This document shows, piece by piece, positions 21,995 through 30,488 of a DNA stretch of 64,000 nt. The stretch lies in the NCBI GenBank assembly GCA_027923505.1, contig BROI01000026.1, forward strand, positions 248,001 through 312,000, written 5' to 3'. The translations under genes and the position numbers were made by a program. Origin of the DNA: Mayamaea pseudoterrestris (taxonomy: Eukaryota). Under the pieces are notes generated by a model, which worked only from the letters and a program-made list of their open reading frames with translations, searched no databases and was not told where the DNA came from. Each line of letters begins with the position of its first letter. The stretch's first letter is position 1.

Positions 21995-24643
21995 ATGGTT
22001 GCGATTACTGCGGAAGCCTTGCAGCTTCTCTGCACGAACGTTTTCGGACGAGACATCCAAGAAGCGTTCTTGTTTTGGAATGTAACCACCACGACCCAGA
22101 TGTTGAGATTGACCAAGGAGCAACTTGAAGCCCCCTACTGGGTCGACAGAGCCGCCATCCCAGCTGGCGTTGAGCAAGAAGAAGGCGCGCAACTCGACGA
22201 TGCGCCGCCGGACGACGAGCCGGCCGAAGAACCGGCCGAAGAACAAGAAGCCGCCGTCCCAGAACGATACGAAGCGACATTAGCACCAGTCTACGTGAAC
22301 CTTATCCTCGATGCATGTGAATGGTTCAACATGCACGACGGACCCCCGAACACCAGGAAGTGGGCGTTGCTTGATTTAGGCAAGCTCGAGCGATTCCAAG
22401 AGAAACTCGCCGAACAAGAAGTCGGTCGAAAGCGTGAAGAAGGACGCTACGTCCTCGAGGCCAAGAAGAAGCAAGCCGAGCTACTTGCCAAGCAACTCGA
22501 AAATGAGACCATCAAGGCTGAGAAGGCCGAAAAGGAAGAAGATGCCAAGGGTCGTTTCTCGAACCTCAAGACGAAACGAGACTACAAGGACTACAAAACG
22601 TTCCAACATCCCCACGCGTGGTTGAGTTGGAGCGCGTCTACCAAGGCAATCGCCAAGCTCCATGGCTGTTCTAACGTGCTCGACAGCAAGTACGTACCAG
22701 TCACGGAAGAAGAGAAATTAGAGTTCGAGAATCAGCAAGTCTTCATGTACACTGCGTTTCGCAATTGTCTCGAAGTCCCTGGACACCAGTCGCTCCTGAT
22801 GAAGTACGGCGACAAGTCTGACGCTCAAAGCGTCTATCGCGAACTCGCGACCAAGTTTGGTTCCGGCGAGTTAGCTACCATCCAAGCGAACGAACTGCAG
22901 GCCAAGCTTGCGACGATTCGCCTAGATTCGACCTGGACGAAAGGACACTACAAGTTCCTAAACTACATCGAACAGCTCATGAAGAATCTCGAAGAGTTCC
23001 GTCCTGGAGTGACGGATGACAAGAAGAAGTACTACTGGCTCCGAGCTGCAGTGGAGGGCGACGAAGAATTCGGCCCCACGTGCACGACGTTCGACCAGCA
23101 CCTGTTATTTGAACGACGACGCATCATTAGTGCAAACGGTGACCCAGACGCCGTCGTGACGGAAGATTATGACTATCTTTTCGACATGTTGTCGCAGCAG
23201 GCTTTGCGCGTCGACAACAAGAACGCCAAGTTGAACAAGGGCAAGAAGAACGCCGACCGCCAAGCGAACAACGCGAACACTTCCGGGCAAGGACGTGGTA
23301 ATGGACGCGGTTCCGGTCGCGGCGGAGGACGCGGCGGCCAAGGCGGACGCGGCGGTGGACGAGACGGTGGACGTGGCACCCAATCGGGGCGCGGTTCCGG
23401 AGGACGAGGCTCTTCCGCGCCACTACCAGCAGCCGGTACGCAAGCGCATCGGGAACGATTCCCTGGCGATTATCTGAACTTTGAACAGTTGTTACAGAAC
23501 CCCTGGTCGTACATACGACTCGGCCGACTTAACGAGGACGAATACGCTCAGCTCATGGCTCGACGCGAAGCCGTCCCAAGACCCGCCACCACAAGACGCG
23601 CGAACAACGGTAACCGCGCGAATAACCAGCAGTCACAAGCGGCTGCCTCGGTGCCTGGTACAATCTTGTATCAGAATGACGCTGTCTCGATCGCCCCGAC
23701 GACAGCCACTCAAGGTGCACCGGATGACATGATTAGATCTTTCCTTGCGAACGCCGCGTCGTCTCGCACTCAAGCTGCGAATAACACCCAGCAAGAGTTT
23801 ATGGGAAGCGACGGCCGTCGGTACCGCGCAATGGTATTGGTGCGCTACACTGTGAATCGAGCTCGCAGCAACGAGACCCGCCAAGGATCGCTGATTGACG
23901 GCGGTGCGAACGGTGGACTCGCTGGAAGCGATATGAGAATCTTGAGTACTACCAACCACACGTGTAACGTGACAGGTTTGAGCGACCACACGGTTCGCGA
24001 CCTCCAAGTCGGAACTGGCGTCGCATTGATTGAGACTCGGACTGGACCCATTATCGGTCAGTTCAACCAGTATGCTTTGTACGACGGTGCTGAATCCATT
24101 CATGCTCCATCGCAGCTTCGTTCGTTCGGCCATCTGATCGACGACGTCGCTCGCTCCCAGAATGGAGCACAAGCCATTGTCACCAGTTGTGGCAAGACCA
24201 TCCCCTTGGCGATCCGTGACGGCTTGCCTCGTATGGATATCGTCCGCCGACGGGACGCAGAGTTGGAAATGTATCCGACGGTCATTTTCTCTCGCGGACA
24301 CCCTTTGGGATCCGCGCTGGATAATGAATGGAGCGAAGAAGAACTTGAGTTTAATCGTCCGACGACGGTGGAAGAAACCCGCGGTTTCGTCGACGCCCGC
24401 ATGGAGACTGGCGACGCCACCTACCGGAACAACATGAATTCAGTGGAACGTGTGGTGCAGTATGTCGATCCGCAATCAGGCTGTCCGACCGCCAAGCCAA
24501 TGCACACCCGCATAATGCCACAAGAACCTGACTCCAGCCCGACCCTACCTTGGCCACGCCACTTGAACGAGTCAAGCGCACCATTAAGAATACGACACAG
24601 CTTTTCCGTGCATCGGCACACACCCCATTTCGCCACACTTTAA
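21995..24643 (+). CDS. Copia gag-protease ORF, copy 2
   Basis: Matches copy 1 except WSYMCRL vs WSYIRL (net 3-bp indel near 23514). Confidence 0.9.
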   Translation: MVAITAEALQLLCTNVFGRDIQEAFLFWNVTTTTQMLRLTKEQLEAPYWVDRAAIPAGVEQEEGAQLDDAPPDDEPAEEPAEEQEAAVPERYEATLAPVYVNLILDACEWFNMHDGPPNTRKWALLDLGKLERFQEKLAEQEVGRKREEGRYVLEAKKKQAELLAKQLENETIKAEKAEKEEDAKGRFSNLKTKRDYKDYKTFQHPHAWLSWSASTKAIAKLHGCSNVLDSKYVPVTEEEKLEFENQQVFMYTAFRNCLEVPGHQSLLMKYGDKSDAQSVYRELATKFGSGELATIQANELQAKLATIRLDSTWTKGHYKFLNYIEQLMKNLEEFRPGVTDDKKKYYWLRAAVEGDEEFGPTCTTFDQHLLFERRRIISANGDPDAVVTEDYDYLFDMLSQQALRVDNKNAKLNKGKKNADRQANNANTSGQGRGNGRGSGRGGGRGGQGGRGGGRDGGRGTQSGRGSGGRGSSAPLPAAGTQAHRERFPGDYLNFEQLLQNPWSYIRLGRLNEDEYAQLMARREAVPRPATTRRANNGNRANNQQSQAAASVPGTILYQNDAVSIAPTTATQGAPDDMIRSFLANAASSRTQAANNTQQEFMGSDGRRYRAMVLVRYTVNRARSNETRQGSLIDGGANGGLAGSDMRILSTTNHTCNVTGLSDHTVRDLQVGTGVALIETRTGPIIGQFNQYALYDGAESIHAPSQLRSFGHLIDDVARSQNGAQAIVTSCGKTIPLAIRDGLPRMDIVRRRDAELEMYPTVIFSRGHPLGSALDNEWSEEELEFNRPTTVEETRGFVDARMETGDATYRNNMNSVERVVQYVDPQSGCPTAKPMHTRIMPQEPDSSPTLPWPRHLNESSAPLRIRHSFSVHRHTPHFATL

Positions 24644-27623
24644 GTCGCGATTCCCGCCGCCAATGTGGTTCGTTTCCATGACGATCCGGCGACAGATACC
24701 TGGTTTTCAAGGAAGCCGCCTTTAACGACGGAATCCCGGCCATGGCGGATGCAAGATGATGCAACTGTTCGTCGGCAAGAAGAGTCTGCTGACGAGGATA
24801 CCCACTGAGAACCCGAGTGACATGCCCATGGCGCTCGAAGACTTCATTCGAGACATTGGTGCTCCCGACTTGCTCATTAGCGATAACTCGCGAGTGCAGC
24901 TCGGGAAGCAAGTTGAAACCTTGTTGCGATTCTACGCGATTCGTGACCAACAGAGCGAGCCGGATACCAGAACCAGAACCCTGCCGAGCGCGTGCATCCA
25001 GAAGTCAAGTCATCAGTCCAGAACATCATGAACCGTGGGCGGGCGCGCCGGCTGGAGCCTGGCTCCTATGCGCGCTGTACGTAATCGCCTTATTTAACAA
25101 TCTGGCAACCGAGTCCCTCAACTGGAAGACCCCTACTGAAGCCGCCTTCAACCGAGTACCCGACATTTCGCCGTTCCTGCAGTTCAAGTTCTGGGAACGA
25201 GTCCTGTACGAAGCTGGAGCCGACGAGCCGCCGACATTTCCTAACACCAAGGAAGCAGCAGGACGCTGGGTCGGCATTGCAGAGAACAAGGGTGACATCC
25301 TCACGTACCAAGTCCAATCCGATCGGACTGGAATGATTGTTGTCCGATCCAACGTTCGCCCCTTCTCCGAAGGGCGTAACCTACGCGCTGAAGCTGAAAG
25401 CGCTCCTGAACCCGAGTCCGAACGACCGCTGTTCGGACCTGTCTTCGCGCGCGCCCGCGCGCGAACGAGTCCAAGTCGAAACTGTCGACGAGTTTGGACG
25501 ATGATTATGACCTAGTCGGTCCGGTGTTTGAACCGACCTTACACCGACCCCAGCGCCTGATTCTGGGGAACCGTGGATGAAGGCATTCACGTTGGAAAGC
25601 GCTGCCGAGTTAGCCGGTTTGGATCCCGACGGACCCATGCCGTCCTTTACTCCGGCTGAACTGATGGGACGCACTGTCCTTCTTGACGAGGAAGACGGCT
25701 CCACGCGACGTTACAAGGTTATCGAGCAACTGAACGATTGCGATGAAGCTAACCACAAGATTATCAAGTTCCGATTGAGTCTCGGCGACGGCGACGTCGA
25801 CGAGCTTATTACCTACAACGAACTAGCCGACCTGTGCGAGCGGCAAGATTCTTTACGACTGGGGGACGATGACAACGACGACCAGTACTACAAGTTTGAT
25901 TTCATTGACGGACATGAAGGTCCACTGACACAAGCCGACACTACGTATCGCGGCTCATCCTACAACTTGCTCATCCAATGGGCAAATGGCGAGAAGACCT
26001 GGGAGCCACTCGCATTGATCATCAAGTCCGACCCTGTGACTGTTGCCGAGTATGGCAAGCGCAAGGGTATGCTGGAAAAGGATGGATGGAAGCGCTTGAG
26101 GCGCATGGCAGGACGCACTAAAATGTTTAACCGCATGTGCAAGGCTGCAAAGAAGAACCGTGTCCAAGAAGCGCGTTTCAAGTTTGGCGTTCAAGTTCCA
26201 AAGCGGGCCCGCCCACCGCTGAAACACACGTGGGCGACCCGTCAAGACTGAGACGGAGCAGCTACGAAGTACGACACTTTCATCGACAAGGGCATCGGTG
26301 CCTTCATGGAAAGTGACTGGAAGCGCATCAACGCGCATCTTGTTTTCGACTGCAAGAACATTGACGTACGGCGATCGCCGACTGCCTTCTCGGCGATCGA
26401 ACCATAGCACTGTTAGCTGAACTGAACGACCTCAAGTTTTGGGCTGCCGATGTCGGTAACGCCTACCTCGAGGCCAAGACCAAGGAAAAGGTCTACATTG
26501 TTGCCGGTCCCGAGTTTGGACCATTGGAAGGCCATACCTTGGTCATCTACAAGGCACTTTACGGATTGCGCACTTCTGGCGCGCGTTGGCATGAGCACTT
26601 TGCCGACACACTCCGCGACATTGGATTCTACCCAAGCTACGCGGACCCTGACGTCTGGATGAAAGACTGTGGCACTCACTACGAGTACGTCGGCGTGTTC
26701 GTCGACGATCTGGGTAACATGAAAGATCCACAAGCCTTCACAGACCTCCTCAAGGACAAGTACAAGTACAAGTTGAAGAGCGTCGGTGACATCAAGTACC
26801 ACCTTCGAGCCAACTTCTATCGTGATCCCGATGGAACCCTCTGCATGGCGCAAGACCTACGTCGTTCGCGTGCTAAGAACTACGAAACCATGTTTGGCGA
26901 GAAGCCCCAGCGCAAGTCACCGCTTGACGACGGGGACCACCCCGAACTTGACCTTACCGAAGAGCTGGATGCCCGTGGCATTCAACAGTACCAGTCTCTT
27001 ATCGGTGCCCTCCAGTGGGCAGTGACCCTATGTCGACTTGACATTCATTGTGTCGTAATGACACTTGGCCGATTCCGCTGCGCCCCGCGCCGCGGTTTAC
27101 CTGGACCGAGCCAAAGCGAGTCTGCGGTTACCTAGCTGAGTACCCTGATGCGGCGATTCGTTTCCGGACGAAGATCGTCAAACACGGGGAACCTACCAAG
27201 TATGATTGGTTGCAATCGGTCTACGGCAACTCAAGCGAAGAGCTTCCGTGGAACATGCCGATCCCGAAGGGCAAGCCTGTGCAACTAACTACCTTTATGG
27301 ATGCGAACCTGTACCATGATTACACTACTGGACGTTCCGCAATGGGAGTCCTGCATTTCCTGAACCAGACGCCTGTCGAATGGTATGCTCGTGGCAGCGC
27401 GACGGATGGAAGCGCTGACAGCGCTGCAGGACACACGAAGACTGTTTAACCGCATGTGCAAGCTGCGAAAAGCAATGTTCTGTACTTTGAGCACATCTTC
27501 GGCAAGCAGAACGTCGCCGACGTTCTTACCAAGTTCTTGCCGCATGCCACGTTCCAACCCCTGATCATTCCGATTCTTTTCTGGAAGGGTGATACGGCAA
27601 ACCGATTGTTGTCACAAGCCTAG
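24644..27623 (+). pseudogene. Degenerate pol (INT, chromo-like, RT, RNase H), copy 2
   Basis: Same INT frameshifts as copy 1. RT motifs ADVGNAYLEA, KALYGL, ADPDVW, FVDDL, YQSLIGALQW. RNase H motifs FMDANLYHD and NVADVLTK...LFWKGDT, ending at TAG 27621-27623. Multiple frameshifts and internal deletions. Confidence 0.88.
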
Positions 27624-27626
27624 ATC

Positions 27627-27634
27627 AAGGGGGA
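27627..27634 (+). promoter_or_regulatory. Polypurine tract
   Basis: AAGGGGGA immediately 5' of LTR3. Confidence 0.8.
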
Positions 27635-27963
27635 TGACACAATATTATTGAGTTGAGTTGACCTGCGTCTCATGACAAGACGGTTAGCTACCTGTGTTTT
27701 GTATGCATTTAATCCTGTGCAGGGTTGAGTCACACTTGTGACCGAATCCTCACATACATGAGTGAAATCGCTGACGATCGAGGCGTGAACCTCGACCGTG
27801 AACCCAGTGAGAACGAGAAAGAAGCGCACGAGTAGAGTAGCGAGTAACATGCACTATTCTAGCAATTGAGTTTGTTTGTTTGCTTTACGCTGGACGAAGA
27901 GGTTGATCGCTCCGAGTCCATTGTAGTCGCTGGAATAAAGGTTCGTCTGATATTATCGTGTCA
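27635..27963 (+). repeat. LTR3 (329 bp)
   Basis: Copy of LTR1/2; the one difference I spotted is GCTCCGAG vs GCTCCTAG (position 27914). Confidence 0.96.
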
Positions 27964-29058
27964 AGTGGTGCCTTCTAGGCAGATGGCCCTTCAACTGGCA
28001 CTCAAAAGGATTTTCCTACTTGCCGTCAATGAGCTACTTGGATGCCATAGAGGGGTTTCACCACACCAAATGAGCATATGGGACAAAGGTTTGGCCATGC
28101 AGGTGCTCATAGGATGCTCCATTGGTGAATCAGTGGCACCTTCTAGGCAGATGGCCCTTCATCTGGCGCTCAGAAGGTTTTTCCTTCTCGCCAAAACTGA
28201 GCTACTTAAATGCCATGGAGGGGTTTCACCCCACCAAATGAACATACAAGACAAGGGTTTGGCCATGCAGGTGCTCATAGGATGCTCCATTGGTGCACCA
28301 GTGGCGCCTTCTAGGCAGATGACCCATCAAGTGGCGCTCAGAAGCATTTTCCTTATCGCCGTCACTGAGCTACTTGGATGCCATGGAGGGGTTTCACCAC
28401 ACCAAATGAACGTACGGGACAAGGTTTTGGCCATGCAGGTGCTCATAGGATGCTCCATTGGTGCGCCAGTGGCAACTTCAAGGCAGATGGCCCTTCAACT
28501 GGCGCTCAGAAGCATTTTCCTTCTCGCCATCACTGAGCTACTTGGATGCCATGGAGGGAATACACCACACCAAATGATTATATGGGACAAGGGTTAGGCC
28601 ATGCAGGCGCTCATAGGATGCTCCATTGGTGCACCAGTGGCACCTTCTAGGCAGATGACCCGTCAAGTGGCGCTCAGAAGGTTTTTCCTCCTCGCCATCA
28701 CACTTGGAAGCCATGGAGGGGTTTCACCAGACGAAATGAACATACAGGACAAGTGTTTGGCCATGCAGGTGCTCATTGGATGCTTCATTGGTGCACCTGT
28801 GGCGCCATCTAGGCAGATGATGTCCCTTCAACTGGTGCTCTGAAGGTTTTACCTTCTCGCCGCCACTGAGCTCGCGATGGCATGGAGGGATATACACCAC
28901 GCTATTGGTGTATATGGACAAGGTTATCCAGATGCAGGTGTCAATAGGATGCTCCATTGGTGCCACCAGATGGCGAGTTCTGGCAATTATATGACCATGG
29001 CTTATAGCATCAGCAACCGCATCAGTGTTAAGGTTTTGCTTCTCACCATCACTGAGCA
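27964..29058. repeat. Satellite B: about 6 tandem copies of a 168-bp monomer, decaying rightwards
   Basis: GGCCATGCAGG recurs at 28093, 28261, 28429, 28597 (period 168) and 28759 (162, 6-bp deletion). Degenerate copies continue to about 29058. Confidence 0.93.
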
Positions 29059-29245
29059 CGGGAAGCCACAGGTTTCAACGACAAGAAAGCCGTTCATTTT
29101 GCATGTGGTGGCAGCCCCTTTAAACGACTGAACTTATCAATGACACCAAAGTCATGACGCAACGACTATTTGGGCGGATTTCCTGATACTCACAGAACAG
29201 TCTTCCAAGCAGCATGGCTACTTTAAACATTGTTCTACGCAAAGT

Positions 29246-29992
29246 TCAGCTTGCAGGAGCCACGTTCGCCGTTGCCGCCTGTTTAGCCTTAAGCTTTGTG
29301 CGTTTCTTGGCATTCTTCTTCCGACGCTTTTCCTGTTCTTCTGTTGACGGCAGTGCATCACTTACTTCCTTGTCACCATTGCCGTTTGGTGCACCCAGTC
29401 CTTGTGTTGGTGGCTTAGAATCAACCGCTCGTTGGCGAGAGGAAAGGTTCATCTTCGCAGCCGCCGCCGTGACTGCTTTTGTTTCAGCCTCTTGACGAGC
29501 TCGATCAGCTATAGCAAAAGCGTCTCCGATACTTCCATCAAACAAGTGTATATAATTCGTTTTGTTGTAAGCTGCTGACTCATCAGCAAGCCTTCGTCGC
29601 TCCGTATCAGTTGCAATCATTCCACCAGTGGTCACCTCGTCGCTGGACATGAAAGATTGAATTCCCTGAATAATTGAAGAAACAGACCACGTAGGCGACC
29701 AACTTTCAGGATGGAACGACGACATGGAAAGGCAAAGCTTCTTATTGATATCAAATCGACCCGATGGAGTGAGCATGTAAATGTCTGGAGCCTTCATCGG
29801 ATAATCGCTTGGAAATTTAAGCTTGCCAACGTAGATGCCTTTCTCGAAAGGAGTTTCGGATGGTCCGCAAAGAGCGTAAAACCAGACTAGAATGTCAGAT
29901 TCCTTGGGCTCAGCAATTATGCCAGGCGGAGGATCTTGCTGTAGCTTGAGCAGCTCCTTGCGTAGTCGATTGGCTGCGATTGCAGACGCCAT
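29246..29992 (-). CDS. Ubiquitin-conjugating enzyme E2, UBE2J2/Ubc6-like
   Basis: RLRKEL, GPSETPFEKGIYVGKLKFPSDYPMKAPDIYMLTPSGRF, KLCLSMSSFHPESWSPTWSVSSII. The TPSGRF and HPESW motifs are typical of the J family. ATG at 29992. Confidence 0.9.
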   Translation of the reverse strand: MASAIAANRLRKELLKLQQDPPPGIIAEPKESDILVWFYALCGPSETPFEKGIYVGKLKFPSDYPMKAPDIYMLTPSGRFDINKKLCLSMSSFHPESWSPTWSVSSIIQGIQSFMSSDEVTTGGMIATDTERRRLADESAAYNKTNYIHLFDGSIGDAFAIADRARQEAETKAVTAAAAKMNLSSRQRAVDSKPPTQGLGAPNGNGDKEVSDALPSTEEQEKRRKKNAKKRTKLKAKQAATANVAPAS

Positions 29993-30488
29993 TTTACGAT
30001 AGTTGCTGCTTTTGCTTGGAAACGACTGGTTATTTCTAACCAGCAATTCTAAGTTACAGTAATATTCTCACTACAGTGTCCAGTGCAGTTGAAACACCAG
30101 AAGAATGGATATGACGCTGGGCATCAGCTGTGGTGAACGCACGTCATAGCGTATTATAGTAGGCCACTTCGCAGGCGCTTTGTCCGAAGTCGCAACATGA
30201 CCCATAACGCCCAAAGGGTTTCAAACATTGTTGGTTGACATTAGAGCTGGCATTACTATAGATTTTATTGTACTAATGTAATCGTTTTTGACCGTCATTA
30301 TTCACGAAGTCCTTCGTTTGACAAGATTCAGTCATTCATCCATGCACTCGCCGTCAGTCAACTTGAGTGATCGAACCCGACAAAAACTCGAGCCGTTCAT
30401 CGCCTTACTAGACAAAAACATTGAAATACATACAGGTCTGCGATACGAGGCACGGGGCAAGGTAGCAGAAAGTAGCGTATAATTGGTC

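Larger units (their letters stand above)
16531..27963 (+). mobile_element. Tandem Ty1/copia LTR retrotransposon array (CoDi-like): LTR1 - truncated copy - LTR2 - full-length but degenerate copy - LTR3
   Basis: Three 329-bp direct repeats with TG...CA ends. Domain order gag-PR-INT-RT-RH is diagnostic of copia. Motifs LIDGGANGGLAG, WAADVGNAYLEA, KALYGLRTSGARW, VFVDDL, NVADVLTK. Confidence 0.96.

Noticed and set aside
27866..27963. LTR3-specific TAG-to-GAG change that opens a frame from the LTR into satellite B
   Set aside because: The frame starts at TTG just after another stop and has no ATG within the LTR; most likely coincidence.
27964..29058. Homology between satellites A and B
   Set aside because: Only short shared words (AGCTACT, GGACAAG, TCAACTG); no collinear alignment visible by eye.
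5050..29195. Possible terminal inverted repeats enclosing the whole repeat block (TGAGTATC near 5056 vs GATACTCA near 29185)
   Set aside because: Only ~8 bp match and no TSD; compatible with chance.
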